Made by a program: the position numbers and the translations under genes. The notes beneath the pieces were generated by a model. It saw only the letters and a program-made list of their open reading frames with translations, did no database searches and had not been told where the DNA came from. Shown here piece after piece: positions 1 to 13,207 of a stretch of 64,000 bases of DNA (position 1 is its first letter; each line of letters begins with the position of its first letter). Source of the stretch: Azolla caroliniana (taxonomy: Eukaryota; Plantae; Polypodiophyta). The stretch is taken from assembly GCA_043228905.1 (NCBI GenBank), contig JBHGNT010000015.1, positions 19,716,001-19,780,000 on the forward strand, read 5' to 3'.

Positions 1-260
1 TATGTGCACTCTCTTGGTCAAGGTTCACTGGACCATCGTGACTTTTGGCCGTCCCTGAAGGCTTTTCATCCATGGCCATGCTGAAGACCCACAAAGCAAA
101 TGAATCCTCAACCATTTCCTTTCAGACTCTGGTCAAGTCTTTCCTTTGTTTTTTACTATGTATGTGTACTCTTTGGGTCAAGGTTCACCGGACCATCATG
201 ACTTTTGACTGTCCTTGAGGGCTTTTCATCCATGGTCATGCTGAAGATCCGCAAAGCAAA
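1..260. repeat. Direct repeat, two ~100-bp copies (1-100, 161-260), period 160
   Basis: tatgtgcactctcttggtcaaggttcactggaccatc...cacaaagcaaa recurs at 161 with scattered substitutions. Confidence 0.85.
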
Positions 261-361
261 GCACCAACTAACTGGATGATCTATTGATTTATTCAAAAAC
301 ACAAGAGGATCATGATTCTCATGTTCGTCAAATACTAAAACGATTACGAGAATATTGGTTT

Positions 362-806
362 TATGCAAAACTGGAGATTTGTAGTTTTGATTGCAAATAG
401 GTAGATTTTTTAGGCTATGTCGTCTCCACCGAAGGAATGTCTATGGATCCAAGTAAAGTTGAAATGGTGTTGGAGTGGCAGACTCCACAATCCCTGCAAG
501 GTGTGCAAGTTTGGTAGGGTTCACAAACTTCTATCACAAGTTTATACAAGATTACCCAAAACTTATATTGCCTCTTACACAATTACTCACAAAGAACGAA
601 CAATCATTTGTTTGGACCGATTATGCAAATGGTGTTTTTTTGAATCTCATGAAAGCATTTACATCCGTCCTATTCTAGCTCATGTTGATCCACAAAAACC
701 ATTTATTATTGAAGTAAATGCATCAAATTTCGCACTTGGTAGTATTTTGTCATAACAAGGTGATGATGGGAAACTGCATCCAGTGGCTTTTCATTCGCAT
801 AAATTT
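362..806 (+). mobile_element. Degenerate Ty3/gypsy (chromovirus-like) RT-RNase H fragment
   Basis: Frameshifted pieces FLGYVVSTEGMSMDPSKVE, GFTNFYHKFIQDY, FIIEVNASNFALGSILS, GKLHPVAFHS. Confidence 0.8.
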
Positions 807-1429
807 GGCATAAATTTGGTAGCACAACAACTGTCTGCTGCCAAGCCGCCAGTCAAGGAGCACTTGGGCTCGCCTACGCGATGTTAGAGGTTTGACAACT
901 CTATATGCACGACGAAACACGTAATAGGCCCCAAAGCTCAACAAATAACATATATGTATAGAAATAGGAACATAGACATAAACAAATGATGTAGATATAG
1001 AGGGAAGAATCAATCTATTATAACATAAGAATGAAACATGGATGTGTATACAATGTAGAGAGGAAGAGCTCTTGCACATAGGACTATGCTCCACTCAAAA
1101 CTCTATCTAGCCTTCTTTTATAGTTGTGAAGGACTTTTGCATGAGCACCACTTGTCACACATGTATTTTGCATGCATACTACTTTTGTATGCATATACTA
1201 CATGCATTTATCATTAAGTAATATTGAATGTTAAATATAATAAACCAATAATGGCGTGATGGTTAAGCTTGATAACTATGAACACATATGTCATGTGTTC
1301 AAGTCCTTCCAAGTACAAGCTTGATTTCCAACACTCTCCCTTAAGCTCGAGATGATGTATCTCCTATCTTCATTTTACGCATAAACTTCTTTGACTTTTA
1401 AAAACTTTGTAAATATATATGCAACTTGA

Positions 1430-2221
1430 TCACCTTTGACAAATAACGATGGATCTGTATCTGACTCTTTGAATTCTTGCTTCATCAAGCATGGAACCAA
1501 CATGTGATACCAAGCTCTCGGTGAGCTTTAAACCATATAAAGCCTTTTTCAACTTACACACATAATCAGGATAATCTGGGTGCACATAACCTTGTGGTTG
1601 CTCCACATATATTTCTTCTTCTAAATCACCATTAAGGAATGTATTCTTTACATCTAGGTGATACAATTTCCATTTCTTTGCGGCTGCAATTGCTAACAAA
1701 GTTCTAGTAGTTGTCATTTTTGCTACTGGACTAAAGGTTTCCTCATAGTCAAACCCATACTTCTGAGCATAACCTTTCACAACTAACCTTGCTTTGTATC
1801 TCGCGATAGTACCATTTGAATTGTGCTTAATTTTATAAAGTACCCACTTACATCCACTTGTCTTGATTTCTTTATTTCTTGGCACCAATGTCCAAGTACC
1901 ATTTTCACGTAAGGCTAGTATCTCCTCATCCATTGCTTCCCGCCATTCTTGTTTGCTTTCTGCTTCTTCAATGTTAGATGGCTCTTCTACTTTAATCACT
2001 TGTGACATATATGCAAAATGATTAACCATAAAAGAATCATAAGTTAATCTTTGTACCGGATGTCTTACTCTTGTTGAACGTCGAAGTTTGTTATCTTGAT
2101 CTTGTTCATTACTTCCATCTTTGTTCAAGCTTTCAACCCATAATTCTTCATCATCAACTTTTCCTTTTCCTTTGTTTGTACTTTCCATTATGTCAGCTAA
2201 CTTGCAATCCTTTCTCGACAA
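1430..2221 (-). pseudogene. Copia-1 truncated reverse transcriptase
   Basis: CKWV..RYKARLVVKGYAQKYGFDYEETFSPV..HLDVKNTFLNG..LKKALYGLK, ending before the YVDD motif. Confidence 0.85.
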
Positions 2222-2320
2222 TTTGTCCCCCGGATATCAAGTTTTTTGTAATTGTTGGAACATGCAACACATTAGATAGGCACTTTGCAGAACCATGAGA
2301 ATTATGTAAGGGCACATTTC

Positions 2321-3334
2321 CTACATGTTCAATGCAATGCTTCGAATAATCACCCATTTGTACATATAACTAAACTCTGTTGGTGCATGCAAATTCTCAA
2401 ACACATTTTCATTGTATGACATGTGATTACTACACCCACTATCTATATACCAATTGATATCACATTCATCATATTCACCACTACCACTTGAAACATGATT
2501 CATAACAAGCATGTTATTTAAGTTTTGCAACTGATTAGATGTGGAAGCATAATTACTTTTATTATGTTTTTGATAACACTGATTAGCATAGTGTCCAAAT
2601 TTACTACACACAAAACATGTACCTCTTCCTCCTATTCCTCCTCTTATTCCAAATCTTCCTCGTTGTCCATTTATTCTTCCTCCCCTTCCACCTCTCCAAC
2701 TTTCATTGCTTTGATGTTGTTGAGAATTATCTCTTCCTCTACCATGATTTTGACTACTTCTACCTCTTCCTTGTGAGCCTGTATAAAACACTTGAGGTTG
2801 ATTCAACCTTGATGACGAACCTTGTAGATTTAACTCCTCTGTTATCATAAGAGAAACAAGTTGATCAAATTTAGGCAAAGTGTCTCTTACATATATTGAT
2901 GTGATGAAAGACTTCCACTTGTCATCATCCCTTAAACCATTTAGACAAAATGCTACAAGATCATCATTATCAACAACACTACTTATTGAGGCTAGTGCAT
3001 CTGAAACATCTTTAATCTTCAAAACATAATCATTTACCGTCATTGACGGTGATTTTTTAAAATTGTTCAACTCATTTTTAAGTTGAATCTTTTGTGCTTT
3101 TGTTGTTGATGTGTATAATCTTTCTACATTATTCCATACTTCCCTTGAGGTTTCTAAATCTTGTATATGTCCTATCATAGAATTTGAAATGTTTTGTGAC
3201 AAAATAAAAGTTACCATCTTATCCTTTGTATTCCATTGATTATAAGCATCGATTTCAGCTTTTGTCGAACTTTGATCAGGAACTTTTGGTTGCTCCGTAG
3301 CTCCCGTAACGAATCCCCACATGGTCTTTGCCAA
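2321..3334 (-). CDS. Copia-1 gag with zinc knuckle and protease start
   Basis: CFVCSKFGHYANQC knuckle; WYIDSGCSNHM protease motif. Confidence 0.85.
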   Translation of the reverse strand: MAKTMWGFVTGATEQPKVPDQSSTKAEIDAYNQWNTKDKMVTFILSQNISNSMIGHIQDLETSREVWNNVERLYTSTTKAQKIQLKNELNNFKKSPSMTVNDYVLKIKDVSDALASISSVVDNDDLVAFCLNGLRDDDKWKSFITSIYVRDTLPKFDQLVSLMITEELNLQGSSSRLNQPQVFYTGSQGRGRSSQNHGRGRDNSQQHQSNESWRGGRGGRINGQRGRFGIRGGIGGRGTCFVCSKFGHYANQCYQKHNKSNYASTSNQLQNLNNMLVMNHVSSGSGEYDECDINWYIDSGCSNHMSYNENVFENLHAPTEFSYMYKWVIIRSIALNM

Positions 3335-3616
3335 TCAGATAGTTCCTCATACAGAACTTCCACGGTTGGTAGTTGCATTTGTCAAGTTTCTCCACTTGCG
3401 ATGAGATCTCCATCATGTTTAGACTTTAATGGTGGCTCTGATACTACTCGTTAGAGTTTTGGCAATTCTATATGCATGGCGAAACACGTAATAGGCCCCC
3501 AAGCTCAACAAATAACATATATGTATAGAAATAGGAACATAGACATAAACAAATGATGTAATATAGAGGGAAGAATCAAGCTATTATAATCTAAGAATGA
3601 AACTTGGATATGTATA

Positions 3617-3806
3617 TGTTAAGAATTAGGTAAGTAATTAAGTATGGGTTAATTAGTGCCTAATTAGGTGATTAAGTTAAGTGGAAGATTATGTGATATG
3701 TGTGTGTATGTGTGTGAGAGGAAGATATATATATATATATATATATATATACTTATGAACAACACAAGATGGGGGATGAGTAAGTATATTAAATTAGCTT
3801 CAATAT

Positions 3807-3878
<72 letters not shown>

Positions 3879-6698
3879 CTTATGAACAACACAAGATGGG
3901 GGATGAGTAAGTATATTAAATTAGCTTCAACATCATCATCAAATACAAAAATACCCACAATGAGGTATATATACATCTCATGTGCAAAGGTGCACATGTG
4001 TGAGTAGAATATAGGTACTAATGTGTAAGTCCTATATTAAATGTACTTAGGAGTGGAGGATCTAGAATATCCCAATTAAGTACAAGGTCCTATTTAAGGC
4101 GTTATAGTCAACACTTCTAACTAGATTCTATCTAGGTAACTACGAAGTTACATGGTTGACTAACTAACTAAACTAAGTTGAGCTTGATCTCTCAACACGC
4201 CCCCTCAAGCTCAAGTGTGAGGCGTCTGACATCCTCTTTGACTTTCGTCGGCTTCGTGTGCTTCCGTCCGGCCTTAAGCTTTCTTCGTCGTGGCAATCTT
4301 GGTTCCTCCCCCTCAAGCCGGTGACGAAGGCTTGTAGTGTGTGGGCGAAGGCCAACTACTTCCACCCATTGTGGGTGACGAGCCGCTTTGGTGGAGCTCT
4401 TGGGATCTTGTTCGGCCGCTACCTTCATTGCGAAGGCATAGTGATGGGCCATATAATCGTTGTAGCCGTGTCGAGTGACGGGGTTCTTAGCTCTAGATGA
4501 GCGTCAAAGTTTTTCGCTCGCCGATGTGAGCACCTTCTTTACTCCGGGTGTACGCATGATAGGTACACCGAACTGACTGTCTAGTGAGGGAGCCGATCCA
4601 TCCGAATCATTGTCGTCGGGGTGGTCGACTTCGTATTCGGGCATTTTACCTTTGCCTTTGTCCAAGTTCGTACTTGTCCGCGACGTGCTTGGGTTGCATG
4701 GAGATTCTTGTGGTCCACTAGGCTTTGCCGTAATCGAACTTTCTTCGAACATGTGTTCGAAGCGATCTCCATCTTCTACCTCTCGTTCGGTGGGTTTCGG
4801 GTCGAGCGGAGTTGGAGTCGAAGTTGTCTCTGGTGCGTACCAAGATGCGGACTCGTCGAAGACTACGTCTCGACTTACCCGAACCACACGGGTAGAAGGG
4901 TTGTAGCACTTGTACGCCTTCTTCTTGGATGAGTATCCTATGAGGATACATTCCTCTGACTTCGCGTCGGGCTTCGGTCGTTGTTCGTTCGGGATGCGTA
5001 CATTCGCAATGCTTCCGAACACCTTGAGATGCGATAGGATCGGCTTCCTTCCGACGAGGAGCTCGTAGGGAGTTAGCTCATGGACTCCATTGGTGGTGCA
5101 TCGATTCATGAGATAGACGGCTGTGGATGCCGCTTCGGTCCAATAGAAATTCGACATGTGCTTTTCATGCATCATGGCGCGTGCTACCTCGAGTATTCGC
5201 CGATTTTTCCTTTCGGCGAATCCATTTTGTTGGGGTGTGTGTCGGCATGAGAATTCTCTCCGAATGCCTTCACTTTGGAGGTAGGAGGTGAATTCGTCGG
5301 AGAAGTACTCCTTTCCTCCATCCGATCGTAGGCATTGAATGTGCCGACCAGTTTCTTTTTCGACTTGACGCTTGAGCTTTTGGAAGTGGGAGAACACTTC
5401 CCTCTTCTTCTTCATTGGGTAGATCTACGTGTAGTGTGAGTAGTCGTCGATGAAGGTTACGTAGTATCGGCATCCGCCGATCGTCGGCGTTTGAGCCGGT
5501 CCCCATACATCTGAGTGTATGACATTGAGGAGGCCTTTGCTTGCGTGGCTCTCCTTCGGGAATGGGAGTCGATGTTATTTGCCAAGTTGACACGCTTCAC
5601 ATACTCAGTCGACTCGTTTCGACTCGAATGTCGGAAGTCCGATGACGACTCCCTTCGTTTGCATCGCTCGAAGCCGTTGGAGGAGGTTTATGTGGCCGAT
5701 TCTCTTGTGCCGCAACTCGATGCTAGTCTCAGTTTTGAGACCTTTGGCGTACATTGCCGATTTCACCTCGTTCGAATCGAGGATGAACATTCGGCCGTCT
5801 CTCCGCCCCTTCGCTATGAGTCGCCATCTTTCTCGATGAAACAACCTTCGTTGTTGAAGCGGACTTACATGCCTTGCTCCACGATTTGGCCGACTGAGAC
5901 CAAATTCTTTGTTATTGTGGGCACATGCAAGACATTCTTGATGCAAGTTTGCTCGCCTTCTTTCCCAAATGGGACATTGTTGATGTGCCGAATGGGGTGC
6001 GTGGTGTCGTCTCCCGTCTCTATGAAACCGGGTCGATCCGGCATTCGTAAATCATGAAACCAATCTTCGTGAGATGTCATGTGATGTGAGGCATCGGAAT
6101 CGATGAACCACACGTCTTTCGAGTTGTAGGTGCTTGCGGAGTTGGAGGCCATCATAGAGTTCACTCTATGCCTCATTGCGAATAGTCCGCCGTAATCATC
6201 GTATTCAGAGTTGACGGCATAATTTGTGTGTTGTCGACTTGTGGAAGCTGACTCACTTCTTCTTTTTCGGCATTTCTCCTCGCGGTGGCCGATTTTGCCA
6301 CAATAGTTGCAAGTTGTGGGCCTCATTTGCCGACCATGTTTGGCATGGAACCTCCCCCTTCTTTCAAAGGTTCCTCGATGGCTTCCGTGAAGGTTTGAGT
6401 TCCCTTCGTGTGATGGGCCGAATTGGCCTCTTCTACCGCCGTGACCTCCTCCTCGACCACCGTTCGAATTCGAAAAGAACATTTGTCCTTCCGATGTCTT
6501 GGCCTTTGTTCGGACGTGGTTCTCTTCGACCAATAACATTGATTGGAGGTCGAAGAATGAAGGAGGGTTTTCTCTCGCCAAGATTGCCGTCCGTAATGGA
6601 TCGAATCGTTGTGCGAGGCTGCCCAAGCATACTTGAACCATCTTGTCTTCGTTGATGTTTATGTTGATGGAGCCAAGTGAGTCGCAAATGCTGTTAAT
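3617..6698 (-). mobile_element. Copia-2a: RT-less Ty1/copia (3' LTR 3617-4197, PPT, integrase, protease, partial gag)
   Basis: LTR TGTT..AACA followed by cgccccctcaagc PPT; integrase ORF 4504-5415 (LRSDGGKEY, TPQQNGFAERKNR); gag knuckle CNYCGKIGHREEKC; WFIDSDASHHM; no RT/RNase H between integrase tail and PPT. Confidence 0.9.
3725..3930. repeat. (AT)n and (GT)n(GA)n microsatellites with a duplicated ~53-bp segment inside the Copia-2a LTR
   Basis: acttatgaacaacacaagatgggggatgagtaagtatattaaattagcttcaa at ~3751 and ~3878; single copy in sister LTR 13208-13624. Confidence 0.85.
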
Positions 6699-6699
6699 C

Positions 6700-9600
6700 G
6701 TGTACCGTCGAGTTCCGTGAGGTGGTACGTGCCGTTGTTGTTTGCGCTCGTCACCGTGTAGGGCCCGAACCATCTCCTAGTGAACTTTCGCACCGCCTTG
6801 TACTGATGGTCGAGGCTGCTGTCGTATACTAAGACCCAGTCGCCTTCCTCGATCTTCTTTGGTCGCAACCAGTGCGTCTGGTTGAACCGGGTCTTGTTCC
6901 GCTCCCTTGCCGCCCGCAGCTTTTCCTTCGCCTGTTTCACGTCCTCCGACCTTCGCTCGAGTTGCCGGACCCGCGCCGCTAGCAACTCCTCCCGGCTCAT
7001 TTCGTCCTTCCAATCTACCGCCGCCCATGAAGAAATCGTCCGTTCCACCGGCATGATCGGCTTCTGTCCGTACATCAGCTCCACCGACATAAACCCTGTC
7101 ACTGAACTGTGTGTAGTTTGGTCCGCCCATAGTGCGTAAGGAAGGAGCCGCGGCCAATTCCCGACCTGCCCTCCGCATGCACGCACCAACGCCTTTACGA
7201 TAGGCCCGTGCCCACGTTCTACCTTCCCGTTCGCCTCCGGATTGTACGCCGTAGTGAGGGAGAGCTTGACGCCTAGCCGATCGAACAACTCCTCAGCTTC
7301 CCATGCATCCAGCTCTCCCCGGTCCGCCACGATCTTCCCGACGCACCCGTATCGACACACTACCTCTTCGATCAGGAACCGGCATACTGCCGCGGTTGTC
7401 TTGTTCTGAAGTGCACGGCCTTCCACCTGGTTTGTTAAGTCTTCCCATGCAAGCACCAGGTATCGCATCTGTCCTACTCCCATTGGCATCGTCACCAAGT
7501 CCACCATCCACTTGAAATGAACCGTAGGCGGGTAGGTCGGGTGTAGCTCGTCTCGATGTCGGACTACGGAGTGCATCTGACAGCTTTTGCAAGTCGTTAC
7601 GAACCGATGCACGTCTTGGTACAACCCCGACTACCAGTACTTCTCCTTCAGCTTTTCGAATGTGGCCCACGTTCGACGGTGTCTAGCCCAGGGGTTCTCG
7701 TGAAATGCCGTAAGTAGTTTCCCCTGTTCTTCTTTCTTTGCCACTACTCAGAGTGGGATGCCGCTTCTCTTCTTTGGGTGCCTCCATATGCACCCGTTCC
7801 GCAGGAAGAATCGGTACACCTTCTTCCGTACCCGGCTCGCCTCTTCTCTCGGCCATGCTGCGTCCGGCATCATTGTCCATAGGAACCTCCCGATTTGGAG
7901 CCACTCCCCGTCGTACCTGCTTTCGTCAAATTCGTTAAGCGCCGGAGTGTTCCTTTTCCTCGTCGTTACGTTAACCGACCCGAAGAAGTCCTCGCCGACT
8001 TCTTTGTCATCCGAAACCATGTCATGTCGTCTTTGTTGTTGAACCTTGCGCTCGAAAGCATGTCGGCCATGGCATTGTCCTTTCCGGAGATGTGCCGTAC
8101 CTCCGGGTTCGGGTACTTAATGTACGCTATCCACCGGAGCATTGCTAGATTCGGCATCGCGCATCCGGAAACCATGCCGAGTATCGGCAGACAGTCCGTC
8201 TCGATGATCACCTTCGTCCCGATTAGATAATCCTTGTCGGCCTTGACTACCGAAACGACACCCCAAAGTTCGCGCTTAACTTGGGCGTATCCTCGCTGCC
8301 GCTCGCTCAATACCTTCGCCCCGAACCGGATCGGGAATCGTACGCCGTCGTCGTCCTCTTGACTGATTACCCACCCGATCCTGGTCGGGCTGGTGTCCAC
8401 CGTCACACAGATGGGAACATCCTTGCCGTAAACCGCTTTACGGAGAGCCGACGCTACCGTAAGCGCCTCCTTTAGTCTCCGTACCGACTTCGTGTGCTCC
8501 GTCCTCCACTCAAAGCTACGCCCCTTTTTCAATAGTCTGTAGAGGGGTTCCGCGACATGTGTGTAGTGCGGGATCCAGATGTGGTAGAACACGCATGCTC
8601 CCAAGAATCTGCGGACCTTCGTAACTGAATTGCAGTCATGCTTCATCGCGGAGATGGCTTCCACCTTGGCCGGAGACGGTTTCCGACCGTATGGTCCGCA
8701 TAGGTGCCCGACGACCATGATCTCTGATTGCCCGAAGGCCGACTTTTCCTCGGAGAAGGTGAGCCTCGCGTCTTCTAGTCTCTGTAGCACCTTCTCACAG
8801 TCATCGATGTGGGACACCACGAAATTCTGACATCCGTCCGGCTCGATTGCCTCATCCTTTTTCTCCACCGGGCATCCCCTGATCGGGATGTCGTCTAAGA
8901 ATGGCATGGTGATGTCCGGGATACAATCCCTTAGCACTTTGTTCATCGCGTTCACCATGTGAGCCACTGAGTTCGTCCCTCCTTGTGGTAGGGTACACAT
9001 CCGCACTAGGCCGAGAGGAGTCCGCATCGTCGTAATGTCCCTGCTCTCCACGGCTAGTTGGAACTGATCATACCCCGAGTACAAATCACCGACAGAATAG
9101 ATCGACCTTCCAGCGAAGGCCTCCGCAAACTCGTCTATGGTTAGTTCGATTCCTGCAATACGGATGGTCACCTTGTTGACCGGTTGCAGGTCTTGAATGA
9201 AGCGCAACGTGCCGTTCTTCTTCGGCACCGTAAACCACCGATTCGAATACGGGGCACTCGACGGTTCGAGGATGCCCATCTCCACCTTTTGCTTCAGGAG
9301 CTCCATCAACTTCGGGATGTGAGCTCTCGGCACCGGAATCGGCTTGAGATTCCACGGTACATGTGGTATCGTGAAGATCACCATCGGTTCAACAACTGTC
9401 GGGTCTACACACCCGATCTCCTCCGGTGAGAATGCGAAAGCCTTCCCGTGCCTCCCGAGCATTCTCCGAAACCGGTCCTTGTCCACCGGTAGTAGGAAGC
9501 CGCCCCCACTGACCTTGAGCTCCCGTAGCGTTATGTCGGTGAACCAGTGCCCTATGCCAGCCGGATTCCGTAAACTTGGGTCCGACGCGACCCCTTTTAT

Positions 9601-12297
9601 CCGCTCCTCGCTGCCCTCCGGCAAGGGTGCCGCAATGGGTCTCACCTTCTGGTCCACAGTCTTGTACTTTGTATCCACGCGGGCCGTCTGATCTGACTCG
9701 ATCCTTTCCCCGAAGTCCGCGATGACTTCGTACATTCCCATTGACCCTACTGGAACAATCCGGTCTTCTCTAAGGTCTTCACTGATCACCTTTCGCATTT
9801 CGCCCAAGGTGTCGTCAAAAGAGACCGCCTCCACGGCGCCGCTGATGTCTTCGTCGGGGAAGAGGACTCCGCATCCCCTGAGCTGCTCCTCCGCTCGCTT
9901 CCTCTCCCGGCCGCTGACGTTGGTTATAGTACAACCTCCGTTGTCGGAGAACCAAAATTTCCTACCTATGGTACAGGTCTTCTTCCGTACTGTACATTTG
10001 TGGGGTTCTTCTCGGGTGTCCAAACTATCGCGGCCCCATGCCTTGATAGCCCTCTCTAAAAATCCCCTCGGGTTTCGCCGCCGAGGGCCTCGCGGTTACA
10101 CTCGTGGTTTGGTCGCACCGTTAGGAACTGGACCGAGTGACGCTCGTCCTGGCTCTTGACTCTTGCATAGGCTGAACCGTTGTCCAACACCTTGGTCTCC
10201 ATCCGTGCCGCCGTGATATATGGCTTTCCTAGTATAACCGGATGCGAGGACGTCTCCTGCACGAAGAAGTGCTGGTCGATCTCGACATCGTCGATTTTCA
10301 CCTGTACGTTCGGATAGGCCCCATGTAGTTCTTCCGTGGCGCGCGTTGTTGCCCGTATCTTCCAGCCGTGCTTGGTGTTGATCGGCCATTTACCCTTCTT
10401 GTAGAAATCCATGGACATCAGGTTGATTTCGGATCCATGGTCTACCAACGCCACCACCGGTTCCAGAACGTTGCCGATCCGTACAGGGGTTTCCGTAGTT
10501 GCCCTGGCCCAATGCGGCTTCGTGTAGTGGCTTCCCGCCAACTCGTCTTCTAGGGCTTCATCTTCCAGGTGCGTGGTCCGCACCTCCACCGGCTTCTCCG
10601 GTTCCGGCTCCGTCGAGAGCCTCTTCCGCTTCACCAAGTCTACGATAGAGTCGTGGAACTCCCTCTTGGCGATTCCCAACACCTCCCGCAATGACAACTC
10701 CACTTTGCTATTGAGGATACGTTCCTCCAGGACCTTTCGCAGGTTTGTGGTCCTTTCGATTTCGGTGCTCAACCGAAACCCCGTTTGCTTCTTCCCGTCC
10801 GGCGCGCCTGGGTTGCCGGCACCGGTCGGTTTCGGTCCGAATCGGGTCTCATACCTCTGCGGGGGACCGACCCCTCCGGCCTTTCCTGCCCGTTTGTCCT
10901 CCACCAGAACCTCGTAGTTCTGGCAAGCGGCCTCTACGAAGCCCGTTTTCTCTTCGACCGGATCCTCCCAACCGGTGACCTCCTGGACCCGTTGTTCTGT
11001 GCGGTCCGCCTCTTCCTTCTTCAACCGAACTTTGGAGAGGCCTTCTAGCACTAGCGGCCAGAATCCGGAATCCTTCGCCTTCCGGGTCTCATCACCCTCG
11101 ACCCGAATTCCCACCGACACTGAGTAGTTAACGGCTTCAACATGTCGTGCTGCGGCCTCTTCCATCAATCTCTTCATTCTACCGCGCCCCGTATTCAGTT
11201 CTAGGGCTCTCCGGGTCTCGCTTGCATGCACCCGCCCGTTCTAGAGGTACACCACGTTGGTCCTGAGCATGTCGGCGAAATCCGCGCAATCCTTCCGAAT
11301 GTGACCGATCGCGTCACACCACATGCACCGCTGCCCAGCCGACGGCCTCCGGTCGCGAGGTTGTTCGTCGCTGTCTCTCCGGGCTTGTGCGATCTGTAGG
11401 TCGCGCACCATCTGTGTCAGCTCCTCCAGAGCCGCTCCTCCGGATGGGCCTTTGACCACGTCGTTCGATGCCGACCCCGATTTTGGCCAGATTCGGGTCT
11501 CTTCCTTCCTACCGGTCGACACCGATACCGGCTCCTCAAGCCTTCTCCCCGGGACCGACCCCGACCCCGACAAGCTTCCGTCGCTCCAATCGCGCCGTTT
11601 GTCGAAATGGCTGCAAACCCGTTTTACCATGGCCAAGTCTGCCGTGAGCGCTTCGTCCGTTTCCAATAGGGGACCCACCTTTTCCCTGTCGAGCGCGTCC
11701 ACCGACTTGACAAACAGTAGTACTCGACTTGTTTCGAGCACCATCCGGTCCAACGTCGATAGCCGCACGAACCGTTTGTCTAACTCCTAGAGGAGCACTG
11801 ACGTGTTCCTCCCCTTTCCGGGGCTTTCCACCCATGCCATGAAGTCCCGCCTTGACAGCTGAAGCGAGTCATCAAACCCGTACTTCTCGAGGAGCTGCAG
11901 CTCGAACTCCTCCCAAGTCTGGCATCCGGCCAACACCTCGCGCACCTCCGCGTGGATGCCCAACGTCACCACCCGAGGGAATCCGGACAACCGCTTGTCC
12001 ACCGGGATATCCCTCATGATCATTTCGGCCCGGTAAGCCTCCAAATAACTTGTGGCGTCTTTCCCTCCGAAGCGGCCTATAGAGCTGACGGTCAATTCAA
12101 TGGCTCTGTCGAGGGTACCCGTCCCCTCATGAGCGCTCACTAGCCAGTCGACGGCCACCGCCATTGCCTCTGCTAGCTCCAATCCCCTCATCTTTCGACT
12201 CCTTTGCCGCCCCGTTCACGTCAGGTTCACCAAATATGTCGCGTTGTTACGCGCATGCGTGTAGAAGGGGCGGGACCACGGGAGTCTTGAATCGAGG

Positions 12298-12339
<42 letters not shown>

Positions 12340-12934
12340 AGATACGCGAAGCGAGAAGGAGAGATATAGAACGTAACACTTGATTTCAATAACAAGAGAT
12401 TACAACGACAAGGGAGTACAAGGGGTTACAAGAGAATACGACTCTGACGGTTACAACCGACAAGGCGGCGATGGACCCGACACGGGGATCCTACTCACAC
12501 ACACAGACAACACTCGCTCGACTCCTAGAAACAAAACAAAGGGGGAGAGCCTCTGTTGGAAGCGCATGGGCTGTCCACAAAGCAGAGGCAGCGAGCTCCC
12601 GACCCACAGAGACCGACGACCGGAGGAGAAGAGAGAGCTCGGCACTCAGATCTGTAGTAGCACTTCGTCTTCCCTAGCACGCAATCCTCGTTCCTTCCTC
12701 CTCCCCCTCCTTAAAATAGTGCCCCCTTTTCCTTAGCCAAACTGCTTTATTCCCTGTCCCTGTCGATAGAGATACGCACAAAATCCCCTAATAAATGTGC
12801 ACTACCTAGTATTTACACCAGTCACCCTAATTACGAATTATGTACAATATATCAATCCTCGCGTCCACCCGTGTAAGAGCAGGTTCATGCGCCTTTTTCT
12901 TCGATTCTGCCTATGGCCGGTTTTCTTCACGACA
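6700..12934 (-). mobile_element. Gypsy-W copy A (tRNA-Trp-primed family), 3' end deleted
   Basis: 5' LTR 12237-12934; Trp PBS ~12216-12233; gag-PR 12191-10056 with stops; RT-RH 10023-7966 (FLDD); integrase ~7900-6700; outer flank ACGG. Confidence 0.92.
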
Positions 12935-13082
12935 ACGGCCGACAACGAGTTGAATGGCCTTCGCTCTGATGCCAGATGTTGTAGACTAAGGCCGTCAGTG
13001 CGGAAACATAAACAACACTTTGTGATGAAGATTACTGAGTGCATTGTATGAAGGCAAGATTAGAGAACAGAATGTCTGTGTC

Positions 13083-13149
<67 letters not shown>

Positions 13150-13207
13150 GAGGCACACAAGAAGAATTGTATTATTCAAGCTCTCTCAACAATGGCAACA
13201 ACCTTAA
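12935..13207 (-). mobile_element. Remnant of a copia 5' end: PBS-Met and partial 5' LTR related to the Copia-E LTR
   Basis: gctctgatgcca 12963-12974, then tgttgtagac..cgtcagtgcggaa (motif shared with 40874 LTR); interrupted at 13208. Confidence 0.7.

Larger units (their letters stand above)
882..3616 (-). mobile_element. Copia-1: internally deleted Ty1/copia LTR retrotransposon
   Basis: 3' LTR 882-1333 (TG..CA) with adjacent PPT; PBS-Met 3435-3446; 5' LTR from 3449 cut at 3616 by another insertion; gag, protease and N-half RT present, integrase and RNase H missing. Confidence 0.9.

Noticed and set aside
3800-4007. ORFs with ERERER/SLSLSL/HTHT runs (also ~12300, 49960, 63540)
   Set aside because: Translations of dinucleotide microsatellites
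6659-6773. Possible gypsy integrase-copia gag fusion gene
   Set aside because: Deletion junction between two elements; different frames and upstream stops
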